A stretch of 64,000 bases of DNA from an uncultured Candidatus Binatia bacterium (GCA_965200965.1 OZ241744.1:1248001-1312000); one strand, 5' to 3'; counted from the first letter of the stretch, positions 23,712 to 33,966 are shown. The notes: a model not told the origin generated them from the sequence alone. Program-made: numbers and translations.

Positions 23712-25352
23712 TTAATCTCCTCTGAGTGGAAACCCCAGGGCTTGCAGGTTGGCGGCGATGGCGTCGTCAAGCTTTGTCGCTTCGGCCTGCTGCTGGCGGA
23801 GCTGGGCGACGAGGCGCTGCATCTTGGCTTCAAACGGTTCGCCGTCCCTGGCCGGCGGCTCCGCCCCAACGTAGCGGCCGGGGGTGAGGACGTGGCCCTG
23901 TTTACGGATGGCCTCCAGGGAGACGCTTTTGCAGAAGCCGGGCGTGTCGGCGTAGGCGGAGACACCCTCACCCCTGCCCTCTCCTTTCTGAGACCGGGTG
24001 CGCCAAGCGTGGTAGGTGGCGGCGAGGCGGGCGATGTCTTGGTCGCTCAGCTCGCGGTGGGTGCGGTCAACCATGCGGCCCAGCTTGCGGGCGTCAATGA
24101 ACAAGATGTGGCCGCGGCGGTCGCGGAACCGGCCGTTTTTGCGGTCGCGGGCCAGAAACCACAGACAGGCCGGAATCTGGGTCGAATAGAAGAGCTGGCC
24201 CGGCAGGGCGATCATGCAGTCCACGAGGTCGGCCTCAACCAGGCTTTGGCGGATGGTACCCTCGTTCGACTGGTTGGACGACATGGAGCCGTTGGCCAGC
24301 ACAAAGCCGGCAACGCCGGCCGGGGCCAGATGGTGGACGATGTGCTGCACCCAGGCGAAGTTGGCGTTGCCCTTGGGCGGCAGGCCGTACTGCCAGCGCT
24401 TGTCCTCGGTCAGCCGCTCGCCGCCCCAGTCGGAGACGTTGAACGGCGGGTTGGCCAGGATGAAGTCGGCCTTGAGGTCGGGGTGGCGGTCGTTGTGGAA
24501 GCTGTCGCCGTGGGCGATCTGGCCCTCAATGCCGCGGATGGCGAGGTTCATCTTGGCCAGACGCCAAGTCGTATAGTTCCATTCCTGGCCGTAGATCGAG
24601 ATATCGGCCCGCGCGCCTGGGGGCAATTTGCCGGAAGGCGACACGTTCACTCCTCTGCTGCCGCTGGCGTGGGCGCGGATGAACTCTACCGACTGCACGA
24701 ACATGCCCGACGATCCGCAGCACGGGTCATAGACCCGGCCCTGGTAGGGCTCCAGCATTTCGACCAGCAGCGTGACCACGCAGCGCGGGGTGTAGAACTC
24801 GCCGTCCTTCTTGCCCTCGGCGCTGGCGAACTGTGACAGGAAATACTCGTAGACCCGGCCGAGCACATCCTTGGACCGGGCGTCCTCATCTCCCACCTTG
24901 ATGTTGCTGATGAGGTCAATGAGCTGGCCGAGCCGCTGCTTGTCGAGCGCCGGGCGGGCGTAGTCCTTGGGCAGCACCTCCTTGAGTGCCAGGTTGTCAC
25001 GCTCAATACCGGTCATGGCCTTGTCAACGAGTTGGCCGATACTCGCTTGCCGCGCCTGGGCCTTGAGCTGCGCCCAGCGCGCCTCGGGCGGCACCCAGAA
25101 AATGTTCTCGGCCCGGTACTCATCCGGGTCTTCGGGGTCAGCGCCCTGCGTTTGTTCGCCAAGAAGGCGGGTGTGTCTCTCCTCAAAGGCATCGGAGATG
25201 TATTTGAGGAAAATCAGGCCAAGGACGACGTGCTTGTATTCGGCGGCGTCCATGTTGCCGCGCAGGGTGTCGGCCATGCGCCACAGCTCGGCCTCATAGC
25301 CGGTCGTGGCGGCTTGGGCCGTATCGAGGTCGGATTGTCGGCTCTCGCTCAT
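23712..25352 (-). CDS. hsdM: Type I R-M methyltransferase subunit M (m6A)
   Basis: [41 protein letters not shown]. Confidence 0.96.
   Translation of the reverse strand: MSESRQSDLDTAQAATTGYEAELWRMADTLRGNMDAAEYKHVVLGLIFLKYISDAFEERHTRLLGEQTQGADPEDPDEYRAENIFWVPPEARWAQLKAQARQASIGQLVDKAMTGIERDNLALKEVLPKDYARPALDKQRLGQLIDLISNIKVGDEDARSKDVLGRVYEYFLSQFASAEGKKDGEFYTPRCVVTLLVEMLEPYQGRVYDPCCGSSGMFVQSVEFIRAHASGSRGVNVSPSGKLPPGARADISIYGQEWNYTTWRLAKMNLAIRGIEGQIAHGDSFHNDRHPDLKADFILANPPFNVSDWGGERLTEDKRWQYGLPPKGNANFAWVQHIVHHLAPAGVAGFVLANGSMSSNQSNEGTIRQSLVEADLVDCMIALPGQLFYSTQIPACLWFLARDRKNGRFRDRRGHILFIDARKLGRMVDRTHRELSDQDIARLAATYHAWRTRSQKGEGRGEGVSAYADTPGFCKSVSLEAIRKQGHVLTPGRYVGAEPPARDGEPFEAKMQRLVAQLRQQQAEATKLDDAIAANLQALGFPLRGD
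24631..24653. repeat. Hairpin repeat element, partial copy in-frame within hsdM
   Basis: ccggaaggcgacacgttcactcc matches 22/23 nt of the reverse complement of the 25376 copy; encodes GVNVSPSG. Confidence 0.75.
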
Positions 25353-25368
25353 ACGGCAGCCTCACTGC

Positions 25369-25851
25369 TCAGCATGGCGTGAACGTGTCGCCTTCCGGGC
25401 GATCTGATGACACGTTCATTCCTCCATCCACTACCGTCCAGGTGCTCGTCACTACCCCGACCAGATCGTCTTTGGCGTTGGTGATGCGGGCTTCCACAAA
25501 GGCCACGCGCCGGCCCTTGCGCAGCACCTTGCCCTGGCCGCGCAGCAGCCCCTTGGCCACCGGCTTGAAGAAACTGATCTTGAGTTCGGCGGTGGTGGCC
25601 AGCTCGCCGGTGTCCAGCACCGAGCCGATTGCACTGGCCATGAGTTCGTCGGCAAACACGGCCAGATAGCCGCCCGAGACATAGCCAAACGGGTTGAGCA
25701 CCCGCTCTTGGCTGGCCTCCCACTCCCAGACCGATTCGCCGGGACGAAAGGCTACAGCCCGCAGGCCGAGTTCCCTGTGCAAGCGCGAGAGATATGCGTC
25801 AGGCCGATTTTCACGCAGCGCTTGGTTGAGTTTTTCAACAGGAGACAGCAT
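25369..25851 (-). CDS. PaaI-family thioesterase (hotdog fold)
   Basis: NPFGYVSGGYLAVFADELM, TAELKISFFKPV, GRRVAFVEA. Confidence 0.88.
   Translation of the reverse strand: MLSPVEKLNQALRENRPDAYLSRLHRELGLRAVAFRPGESVWEWEASQERVLNPFGYVSGGYLAVFADELMASAIGSVLDTGELATTAELKISFFKPVAKGLLRGQGKVLRKGRRVAFVEARITNAKDDLVGVVTSTWTVVDGGMNVSSDRPEGDTFTPC
25376..25422. repeat. Hairpin repeat element copy forming the 3' end of the thioesterase gene
   Basis: ggcgtgaacgtgtc-gccttccgggcgatctgat-gacacgttcattcc. Confidence 0.85.
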
Positions 25852-26010
25852 AGTAAGCCCTCATGTTGTGGGTTGACCGGAGGATGGCATGGCTAGGGCG
25901 TTGGATGGCATCCAGATTCTTGATCCGTATACCGGGATGGTGCTCGCCAAGCAAGGCCGGGGTAGACAACCGGCTGGGCCGAGAACCGACGGAACGCTGG
26001 AGAAGCGCTG

Positions 26011-27186
26011 ATGCTCAAAGACGTTCTGGCAGACCGTTTGGCCGAGCTTGAACAGCGTGGACTGTACCGTCGGCTGCGCTTGGTTGAGGGTGCCCAGGCC
26101 GGTCGAGTCAGCCTGGGCGGGCGTGAGGTCCTGATGCTGTCGTCCAACAATTATCTGGGTCTGGCCAACCATCCGGCTCTCACCCGGGCGGCCCAAGACG
26201 CCCTCGAACGCTTTGGCTGCGGAGCCGGCGCGTCTCGGCTGATCTCGGGCAGCATGGAACTCCACCACGAGCTGGAAGACCGCCTGGCGCGGCTCAAACA
26301 CACCGAAGCGGCGCTGGCCTTTCCGACCGGCTATCAGGCCAATGTCGGCACCCTGTCGGCCCTGATGGAGCCCGGTGATACGATTCTGAGCGATGCCCTG
26401 AACCACGCCAGCATTATTGACGGCTGTCGGCTGTCGCGCGCCACAACGCTGGTCTTTCGTCACAACGATATGGACCATCTGGCCGAGCTGCTGGCCTCGT
26501 GCTCAGCCGCGGGCCGGCGGCTGATTGTCACCGATTCGCTGTTCAGTATGGACGGCGATATCGCCCCCTTGGCCGAGATGAGCCGGCTGGCCCGCGACTA
26601 TGACGCCTGGCTGATGGTTGATGAGGCCCACGCCACTGGTGTCTTTGGGCCGCATGGGGCCGGCGTAGTTGAGGAGCTGGGCCTCAGCTCGACAGTCGAG
26701 ATCCAGATGGGCACGCTGGGCAAGGCGCTGGGCGGCTTTGGGGCTTATGTGGCGGGCAGCCGTCACCTGATTGACTGGCTGGTGAACCGGGCCCGGAGTT
26801 TTGTGTACACCACCGCGCTTCCGCCGTCGGTGGCGGCCACGGCCATTGCCGCCCTGGACATTGTTGCTCAGGAACCGGAGCGGCGGCACCGGCTGTGGAA
26901 CACCACCGCCTTTCTAGCCGACCAACTCAGCAAGTTGGGCTATAAGCTGGGCAACAGCCGATCGCAGATCCTGCCGCTGATTATCGGGGACGCCGGCCAG
27001 ACCATGACCCTGGCCGCAGCTCTGCTGGAGCGCGGGATTTTTGCCCAGGGCATCCGCCCCCCAACCGTGCCGGCCGGGACCTCGCGGATTCGGGTTACCC
27101 CGATGGCGACCCATACCACACAGGATATGCAGCAGGCCGTCCGGGTCTTTGCCGCAGCCGGAAAGGAAGTGGGGGTGCTGCCATGA
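26011..27186 (+). CDS. bioF: 8-amino-7-oxononanoate synthase
   Basis: SSNNYLGLA, DALNHASIIDG, SMDGD, VDEAHATG, GTLGKALG, IRPPTVP. Confidence 0.95.
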   Translation: MLKDVLADRLAELEQRGLYRRLRLVEGAQAGRVSLGGREVLMLSSNNYLGLANHPALTRAAQDALERFGCGAGASRLISGSMELHHELEDRLARLKHTEAALAFPTGYQANVGTLSALMEPGDTILSDALNHASIIDGCRLSRATTLVFRHNDMDHLAELLASCSAAGRRLIVTDSLFSMDGDIAPLAEMSRLARDYDAWLMVDEAHATGVFGPHGAGVVEELGLSSTVEIQMGTLGKALGGFGAYVAGSRHLIDWLVNRARSFVYTTALPPSVAATAIAALDIVAQEPERRHRLWNTTAFLADQLSKLGYKLGNSRSQILPLIIGDAGQTMTLAAALLERGIFAQGIRPPTVPAGTSRIRVTPMATHTTQDMQQAVRVFAAAGKEVGVLP

Positions 27187-28550
27187 AGACGCCGAGTTAC
27201 GCCGACCTGAAAGCCTGGGATCACGCCTGTGTGTGGCACCCGTTTACCCAGATGCAGGACTGGCTGGACGAGGACCCGCTTGTCATCGCGCGGGGCGAGG
27301 GCAACTATCTGATCGATGTCCAGGGCAGACGGTATTTGGACGGCGTGTCCTCGCTGTGGTGCAATACGCACGGCCACACCCGGCCTGAGCTGAAGGCCGC
27401 GATTGCCGAACAGCTCGATCAGATCGCCCACTCAACCATGCTCGGCCTGTCAAATGTTCCGGCGACCGTGTTGGCCAAAAGGCTGGTTGAGATCACGCCG
27501 GACAGCCTGAGCCGGGTGTTTTATTCGGATGCTGGGGCCACCGCGGTAGAGATTGCCCTCAAGCTCGCCTTCCAGTACTGGCAGTTGAAACGCCAAGCGC
27601 AAAAAACGAAGTTTGCCTCGCTCGCTGAGGCATATCACGGCGATACGCTCGGCGCGATCGGGGTTGGCTACTCAGAGCTGTTTCACCACTACTACCGCCC
27701 GCTGCTGCCCGACACCGTGCGCCTCTCGCCACCCCATGTGTTCCGTTTTTATCGCGGTCTGTCCGAAGCCGCGGCCCTGGCCGCAGCCCAGGACGAGGCC
27801 GAGCGGGTGCTGACCGCCCATCATCCCGAACTCGCCGCCCTGATCGTTGAGCCGCTGATGCAGGGCGCGGCCGGCATGTGGGCCCACCCGGTCGCCTATC
27901 TCCAAACCCTGCGCGAGCTGGCTACCCGCTACGAGGTGCTGTTTATCTGCGACGAGGTGGCGACCGGCTTTGGCCGCACTGGCAGGATGTTCGCCTGTGA
28001 GCACGCCGATATTCAGCCCGACCTGATGTGCGTGGCCAAGGGCATCAGCGGCGGCTATTTGCCCCTAGCTGCAACGCTCAGCTCAGAGGAAATTTTTTCG
28101 GCCTTTCTCGCTCCCTACCACGAGTTCAAGACCTTTTTTCACGGCCATACCTATACCGGCAATCCGCTCGCCTGTGCGGCCGGCTTGGCCAACCTGGACA
28201 TCTTTGAGCGCGACCGGGTGTTAGACACCCTCACCCCGCGCATCGCCCAACTCAGCCAGCGCCTCCAGACCGAGTTTGCCGGCCTGGAGCATGTGGCCGA
28301 TATCCGCCAGTGGGGCACGATGGTCGGGGTCGAGCTGATGCGCGACCCGCAGCAACGCATCGCCTACGAGCCACACGAAAAAATCGGAACCAGGATCATG
28401 AGCGAAGCCCGCAGACACGGGGTGATTATCCGCCCGCTGGGCGGGGTGATTATCCTCATGCCGCCGCTGAGCATCACGGAGGACGAGCTTACCCGGCTGT
28501 TGGGCGTGACCGCTGAGGCCATACGGACGGTGACAGACCGGACGGTCTGA
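27183..28550 (+). CDS. bioA: Adenosylmethionine-8-amino-7-oxononanoate aminotransferase
   Basis: VWHPFTQM, DGVSSLWCNTHGH, YHGDT, DEVATGFGRTG, AKGISGGYLP. Confidence 0.95.
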   Translation: MKTPSYADLKAWDHACVWHPFTQMQDWLDEDPLVIARGEGNYLIDVQGRRYLDGVSSLWCNTHGHTRPELKAAIAEQLDQIAHSTMLGLSNVPATVLAKRLVEITPDSLSRVFYSDAGATAVEIALKLAFQYWQLKRQAQKTKFASLAEAYHGDTLGAIGVGYSELFHHYYRPLLPDTVRLSPPHVFRFYRGLSEAAALAAAQDEAERVLTAHHPELAALIVEPLMQGAAGMWAHPVAYLQTLRELATRYEVLFICDEVATGFGRTGRMFACEHADIQPDLMCVAKGISGGYLPLAATLSSEEIFSAFLAPYHEFKTFFHGHTYTGNPLACAAGLANLDIFERDRVLDTLTPRIAQLSQRLQTEFAGLEHVADIRQWGTMVGVELMRDPQQRIAYEPHEKIGTRIMSEARRHGVIIRPLGGVIILMPPLSITEDELTRLLGVTAEAIRTVTDRTV

Positions 28551-28553
28551 GTC

Positions 28554-28604
28554 AAGGCGTGAATGTGTCATCAGATCGAGAGGAAGGCGACACGTTTACG
28601 CCTT
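28554..28604. repeat. Hairpin repeat element copy at the bioA-bioD junction (opposite orientation)
   Basis: aaggcgtgaatgtgtc-atcagatcgagaggaaggc-gacacgtttacgcctt; 40/47 identical to the reverse complement of the 25376 copy. Confidence 0.85.
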
Positions 28605-29327
28605 ATGGACAGACAAGACATAGCAGGCGTGTTGATTACCGGCACCGATACGGGGATCGGCAAGACCGTGGTCGGCTGTGGCTTGGCCGCGGTCTTGACC
28701 GCCCGGGGCAAACGGGTTGGCGTGCTGAAGCCGGCCGAGACCGGCTGTCCCCAGCACCAGGGCAGGCTCTACCCCCAGGACGCCGCCCGGCTGGCCGCCT
28801 TTGCCCGCTCCTCGCTGCCGCTTGAGGACATCTGCCCCTACCGTTTTGCGCCACCGCTGGCACCGAGTGTAGCCGCCGCAATGGCCGGCCGGCTGATTGA
28901 CAGCGGCCGTATTGCCGAACATTTTCACCGCCAGGCGGCCAGCCATGATGTGGTGATTGTTGAAGGCGCGGGCGGCCTGCTGGTGCCCCTGAACGGCCGC
29001 TATTCGTTTGCCGACCTGGCGGTCGAACTGCGGCTTCCGGTCCTGGTTGTGATCGGCTCAAAACTGGGTGCCCTGAACCACGCCCTGCTGACCTTTGAGT
29101 GCGCCCAGGCACGCTCGCTGCCCCTGCTGGGCTATATCCTCAACCATCCCAGCCCTGACACAGACCTGGCCGTTCAGACCAACGCCCAGACCCTGGCCGG
29201 GCTGACCGATGTACCGTGTCTGGGCCGGCTGCCGTTTGTGTCGCTGAGCGGCGATGTGGTGGCGGACAGCGCGGTGCTCGGCCGTCAGTTCAACACCGCG
29301 ATTGATGTGCGGCGGCTGGTAGGATAG
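28605..29327 (+). CDS. bioD: Dethiobiotin synthase
   Basis: ITGTDTGIGKT, KPAETG, VEGAGGLLVP, LGALNH. Confidence 0.95.
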   Translation: MDRQDIAGVLITGTDTGIGKTVVGCGLAAVLTARGKRVGVLKPAETGCPQHQGRLYPQDAARLAAFARSSLPLEDICPYRFAPPLAPSVAAAMAGRLIDSGRIAEHFHRQAASHDVVIVEGAGGLLVPLNGRYSFADLAVELRLPVLVVIGSKLGALNHALLTFECAQARSLPLLGYILNHPSPDTDLAVQTNAQTLAGLTDVPCLGRLPFVSLSGDVVADSAVLGRQFNTAIDVRRLVG

Positions 29328-29348
29328 AGCAATACCGGTGGAAGGAGT

Positions 29349-30362
29349 ATGCCGATGACCGATTTTTCCGCCTTGGCCCGTACCTCGCTGGGGGGTGAAG
29401 CGCTGTCCCGCGCCGACGCCTTTGGCGTACTTCAGACCGCTGACGCCAGCCTGCGGCCACTGCTCAACGCGGCTTTCAGCGTCCGCCAGCGAACGTTTGG
29501 GCGTAAGGTCAAAGTGTGTGTCTTGCAAAATGCCCAGAGCGGCCTGTGCCCGGAAGACTGCCACTACTGTTCCCAGTCAAAAATTTCGACCGCGGCTATT
29601 CAAAAATACCGCCTGCTGCCCCACGACCGGCTGTTGGCCGGGGCGCGCAAAGCGGTCGCTGCCGGTGCCCGACGCTATTGCATGGTGGCCAGCGGACGCG
29701 GACCCCAGGTACGCGAAATCGCGCATATGAGCCGGGCCGCGCGCGCGATTAAAGCCGAGTTTCCCCAGCTCGAGATCTGCGTCTCGCTGGGCCTGATGGA
29801 CCGCGCTCAGGCTGCCGAACTGAAAGAGGCGGGGGTCGGCTGGGTGAACCATAACCTGAATACCAGCCGGCGCTTTTATCCCCATATCTGCACCACCCAC
29901 ACCTACGACGACCGGGTCGAGACGGTCAAAAACGTCAAGCGGGCCGGCCTGTCGAGTTGCTCTGGGGGTATTATCGGCATGGGCGAGAGCGATGAGGACA
30001 TTGTTGACTTGGCGTATGCCACCCGCGAGCTGGGCATTGACTCAATTCCAGTCAATTTCCTGTATCCGATTGCCGGCACGCCACTCGGTGAAGAGCACGC
30101 TGTCGAGCCGATCAAGGGCCTGAAAACCCTGTGTCTGATGCGCTTTCTGAACCCCCACAGCGAGATTCGGATGGCCGCCGGCCGCGAGCTGTATCTGGGC
30201 AATTGGGCCGGGCTGGCGCTGTATCCGGCCAACTCGCTCTTTGTTGAGGGCTATTTGACCACACCGGGCCAGCAGGCCGAGGCGGCCCGCAGTCTTATTG
30301 AACGGGCCGGCTTTGAGGTGGAAGAACTGGGCAAGCCGGCGCAGGCCGCGGCTGAGGGGTAA
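29349..30362 (+). CDS. bioB: Biotin synthase
   Basis: CPEDCHYCSQS radical SAM motif, NHNLNTS, CSGGIIGMGE, SIPVNFL. Confidence 0.96.
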   Translation: MPMTDFSALARTSLGGEALSRADAFGVLQTADASLRPLLNAAFSVRQRTFGRKVKVCVLQNAQSGLCPEDCHYCSQSKISTAAIQKYRLLPHDRLLAGARKAVAAGARRYCMVASGRGPQVREIAHMSRAARAIKAEFPQLEICVSLGLMDRAQAAELKEAGVGWVNHNLNTSRRFYPHICTTHTYDDRVETVKNVKRAGLSSCSGGIIGMGESDEDIVDLAYATRELGIDSIPVNFLYPIAGTPLGEEHAVEPIKGLKTLCLMRFLNPHSEIRMAAGRELYLGNWAGLALYPANSLFVEGYLTTPGQQAEAARSLIERAGFEVEELGKPAQAAAEG

Positions 30363-30364
30363 CA

Positions 30365-31381
30365 ATGAAGCACTTCCTCTCAGCCGTGCCGCTCTTTCTC
30401 CTGTGTGTGTCGGTCTGCGTTGCCGCCCAGTCCACCACCAAGCCGATTCGATTTGGCCTCCAGGTTGCCCAACAACAGACCACTGTCGCAGAACTCAAAC
30501 AGGTCTGGCAGGAGGCCGAGGCGCTCGGCTTTGATAGCCTGTGGACCAACGACCACCTGCTGCCCAGTGTAGGCCCCTCGGACAAGGTCAACCTCGAGGC
30601 CTGGACCCTGCTGGCGGCAATGGCAAGCGTCACCTCCCGGGTCCAGCTCGGCACCCTGGTATCGAGCAATACCTTTCGGCATCCCTCGGTCTTGGCCAAG
30701 ATGGCGACCACGGTCGATCATCTGAGCAACGGGCGGCTCATTCTGGGGCTGGGCTTTGGCTGGTTTGAGCGGGAGCACCGGGTTTTTGGCGTGCCCTTCC
30801 CCAAAATGAAAGAACGCAGCGAGCGGCTGGCCGAAGCCCTGCAACTCATCACCGCGCTGTGGGGGGCCAATCCGACCGCGTCTTTCAGCGGCACCTATTA
30901 CCGCCTGCGTGATGCCCCGTTCGAGCCCAAGCCTGTCCAGCAGCCCCACCCCCCGATTTTGATCGGCGGCATTGGCGAAACACGCACCCTGCCGCTGGTG
31001 GCCAAATACGCCAGCATGTGGAACATTCCAATGCTGACCCCCGACCAGATCAGGATAAAAAATCAGGTCTTAGAACGGCTGTGCCAGGACATCCAGCGGG
31101 ATTGCGACGAGATTGAGCGCTCCATCCTCACCCCGGTCTATATCCAAACCGACCCGGCTGAGGTCCAAAGCCTGCTTGAACGTATTGCCGGGCTGAGAAA
31201 CGTTTCCGTTGAACAGGCCCGCAAGATGATACTGGCCGGCACGCCAGAGGAAATCCGCCGGCAGATCAAGGCGTATATTGAGGTGGGCGTCACCCATTTT
31301 ATCATCAATCTGCGTCGTCCGGGTCTGTACGACAGGGATGGGGTGCGGACGTTTGCCACCGAAGTCATGCCTCACCTGTAA
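30365..31381 (+). CDS. LLM-class (probably F420-dependent) oxidoreductase with N-terminal signal-peptide-like segment
   Basis: GFDSLWTNDH, FRHPSVLAKMATTVDHLSNGR, GWFEREH, PKPVQQPHPPILIGG; leader MKHFLSAVPLFLLCVSVCVAA. Confidence 0.88.
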   Translation: MKHFLSAVPLFLLCVSVCVAAQSTTKPIRFGLQVAQQQTTVAELKQVWQEAEALGFDSLWTNDHLLPSVGPSDKVNLEAWTLLAAMASVTSRVQLGTLVSSNTFRHPSVLAKMATTVDHLSNGRLILGLGFGWFEREHRVFGVPFPKMKERSERLAEALQLITALWGANPTASFSGTYYRLRDAPFEPKPVQQPHPPILIGGIGETRTLPLVAKYASMWNIPMLTPDQIRIKNQVLERLCQDIQRDCDEIERSILTPVYIQTDPAEVQSLLERIAGLRNVSVEQARKMILAGTPEEIRRQIKAYIEVGVTHFIINLRRPGLYDRDGVRTFATEVMPHL

Positions 31382-31475
31382 ACGGCTGGAATCAGCGCGG
31401 CTCTTCTCTGAGAGAGCGGGAGTGTGCTATGATCTCAAGACAGTCCGCACCGCACGCAGATGAGGAGGATAGACC

Positions 31476-31925
31476 ATGTCGATCAAGGTTGTTGAACTCC
31501 ACCACCACGGGATTCGGATTGGCACCGAACCGGAGGAAGTTGAACAGGCGCGTCGCTTCTACTCCGATGTGCTCGGTCTCAATACCGACCCCGCCCGGCC
31601 CAATATCCCCACCATCCCCGGTTTCTGGATGTATGTGGGCGAGGGGGAACGGACAACCCAGATTCACCTGATGGGGGCCAGGGGCAAATCGCCGATGGCC
31701 AAAAGCGAAAAAGAAGACCCGACCCTGCCGCATGTCGCCCTGGCCGTTGAAAACATTCAAGCGGCCCGCCAGGAACTGGACGAACGCGGTGTCTGGTACT
31801 GGAGCATCCAGGGTCTGGTCGGCCAGAACTCCGATCAGGTGTTTGTCCACGACCCGTGTGGCAATGTGATTGAGTTGCACCAGATCGGTACCTGTACATG
31901 TAATAAGCTCGCGCTCAGTCAGTAA
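31476..31925 (+). CDS. VOC/glyoxalase-family protein
   Basis: LHHHGIRI, RRFYSDVLGL, QIHL, HVALAV, DPCGNVIEL. Confidence 0.88.
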   Translation: MSIKVVELHHHGIRIGTEPEEVEQARRFYSDVLGLNTDPARPNIPTIPGFWMYVGEGERTTQIHLMGARGKSPMAKSEKEDPTLPHVALAVENIQAARQELDERGVWYWSIQGLVGQNSDQVFVHDPCGNVIELHQIGTCTCNKLALSQ

Positions 31926-31963
31926 CACAACGACCGCGTGTCCCTATTTTGCCAGGAGGCCCA

Positions 31964-33088
31964 ATGACCGCAGAATACACCCAACGCTTATTGTCTTCCG
32001 ACTCCCACATTGTCGAACCCGCCGAGCTGTGGCTGACCCGTATGGATAAAAAGTGGCGGGACAAAGCCCCGCGTATTGAAGCGCTGGATGAAACCGGCGA
32101 CTATATCGTCATCGACGGGCTGCGCCCACGTCCACTGGCCTTTGAGGGCCCGATGGCCGATCTCAAGGCCCAAGGGCTGGATATCCCCAAACCAAAGGGC
32201 TTCAAGTATGCAGAGAACCGGCCCGGCTGCTGGGACCCGGACGAGCGGCTGAAGGACCAGGACTTAGACGGCGTGTCCGGCGAGGTCGTCTACCCGGGGA
32301 TCGGCCTGACCCTGGTGCGGGCCCCCGACGCCGAGTATCTGTACGCCTGCTGCCGCGCCTACAACGACTGGCTGGCCGAGTTCTGCCAGCCCCACCCCGA
32401 CCGTTTGAAGGGCGTGGGCATGATCCCGTGCCGGGGACCGATTGAGTGGGCGGTCGAAGAAACCGAGCGCTGCGCCAAGCTCGGGCTGGTCAGCGTAATG
32501 CTGCCGGCCTGGGTTGATGATCGCCCGTATAATCTGCCCGACTGGGAGCCGCTGTGGGCGGCCATGCAGGACATGGGGCTGATTGCCAGCATCCACATCG
32601 GCGGCCGCGACCCCTTTGGCCGTGCCCACGGCCCGGGCGCGGGTGGGATTATCATCGGCATCGTCAAGTTTGAGATGAACGACACCCTGCAACACCTGAT
32701 CTGGGGCGGCGCGCCGGTTCGGTTTCCCAAGCTCAAATGGGCCTTGGTGGAGAGCGGTATTGGCTGGATCGGGGCCGCCCTCGGCTTCATGGATCACTGG
32801 TGGCAGGACCACAAGGGCTGGATGGACCCCCGGCTGCCCGAACCGCCCAGCACCTATTTTCATCGTCAGTTCTACGCCACTTTCGAGGATGACCGGGCCG
32901 GCGTCCTGACCCGCGAACTCATGGGCGTGGAGAACATCATGTGGGGCTCGGACTATCCGCATACCGAGGGCGTATGGCCGTTCTCACGCAAACAGGTGGC
33001 CCAGAATTTCGCCTCAATTCCAGAAGCAGACACCCGCAAGATCGTCCATGACAACACGGCTAGGCTGTACGGCTTTCCGATGGACTAG
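31964..33088 (+). CDS. Amidohydrolase-2 family protein
   Basis: SSDSHIVEP, DQDLDGV..EVVYP, IHIG, VESGIGW, MWGSDYPHTEG. Confidence 0.9.
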   Translation: MTAEYTQRLLSSDSHIVEPAELWLTRMDKKWRDKAPRIEALDETGDYIVIDGLRPRPLAFEGPMADLKAQGLDIPKPKGFKYAENRPGCWDPDERLKDQDLDGVSGEVVYPGIGLTLVRAPDAEYLYACCRAYNDWLAEFCQPHPDRLKGVGMIPCRGPIEWAVEETERCAKLGLVSVMLPAWVDDRPYNLPDWEPLWAAMQDMGLIASIHIGGRDPFGRAHGPGAGGIIIGIVKFEMNDTLQHLIWGGAPVRFPKLKWALVESGIGWIGAALGFMDHWWQDHKGWMDPRLPEPPSTYFHRQFYATFEDDRAGVLTRELMGVENIMWGSDYPHTEGVWPFSRKQVAQNFASIPEADTRKIVHDNTARLYGFPMD

Positions 33089-33102
33089 GCGTCGGTCAGC
33101 CC

Positions 33103-33474
33103 ATGCGCGGTGTGTGGCAAAAATTGAGGGTATGGCTCAGCAGGTCGGCCGCATCTCCGCCCCGACTGGCCCGCACCTATACATTTCCCCTGTCGGACTT
33201 CCCCGACGGACAGGGCAGGCCACTGACTGTCGGGGGGAGGCGGCTGGCTGTTTTTCATCTGGGCGGGCGGGTGTTTGCGATTGAGAACACCTGCTCGCAC
33301 AACCGCTCACCCCTGGCCGACGGGCCGGTGTCGGGGACGCTTGTCACCTGCCGGACGCATCGGGCGCGTTTCAGCCTGGAAACCGGCCACGCTGTGCGTG
33401 GTCCGGCCCGCAGACCGCTTCGGACCTATCCGGTGACAGTCTCTGAAGGGCAGGTTGCGATTACGGTCAACTGA
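33103..33474 (+). CDS. Rieske [2Fe-2S] ferredoxin
   Basis: CSH..CRTH Rieske ligands, RFSLETG, LRTYPV; start uncertain. Confidence 0.85.
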   Translation: MRGVWQKLRVWLSRSAASPPRLARTYTFPLSDFPDGQGRPLTVGGRRLAVFHLGGRVFAIENTCSHNRSPLADGPVSGTLVTCRTHRARFSLETGHAVRGPARRPLRTYPVTVSEGQVAITVN

Positions 33475-33510
33475 GCGGCCGCCCACCTGAGCAGACCGAG
33501 GAAACAGGGA

Positions 33511-33960
33511 ATGCCAGCAACACAAGCGTTTTGGGAAACAAAGTCCCTGGCCGAAATGAGTCAGGCCGAGTGGGAATCGCTGTGCGACGGCTGCGGCCGC
33601 TGCTGTCTGCATAAAATTGTGGACAAGGACAGCGGCCAGACCTTTCACACCAACGTGGCCTGCCGTCTCCTTGACCCCCAGACCTGTCGCTGCTCCCACT
33701 ACGCCCAACGCCAACGCTGGGTACCGGAGTGCCGCATCCTCAGCCCGCAGACCGTCGGCCAAGCCGGCTGGCTGCCCCGCAGCTGCGCCTACCGCCGGCT
33801 GCACGAGGGGCGCGGCCTAGCCGGCTGGCATCCGCTCGTCTCGGGCGACCCGGAAACAGTCCATCGGGCAGGGATTTCGGTCCGCGGCTGTGTGGTGTCA
33901 GAAGAACTGGTCCCGCTCGACCGCCTGGACGATCATATTATTGACTGGATTATCTCCTGA
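33511..33960 (+). CDS. YcgN/UPF0260 cysteine-cluster protein
   Basis: FWETKSL..EWESLCDGCGRCCLHK, WLPRSCAYR, WHPLVSGD. Confidence 0.9.
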   Translation: MPATQAFWETKSLAEMSQAEWESLCDGCGRCCLHKIVDKDSGQTFHTNVACRLLDPQTCRCSHYAQRQRWVPECRILSPQTVGQAGWLPRSCAYRRLHEGRGLAGWHPLVSGDPETVHRAGISVRGCVVSEELVPLDRLDDHIIDWIIS

Positions 33961-33966
33961 GAGTGG

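Noticed and set aside
25853-25877. BirA-operator-like GTAAGCC..GGTTGAC upstream of bioF
   Set aside because: The arms are imperfect and only 11 bp apart, shorter than the known operator spacing of about 15-16 bp.
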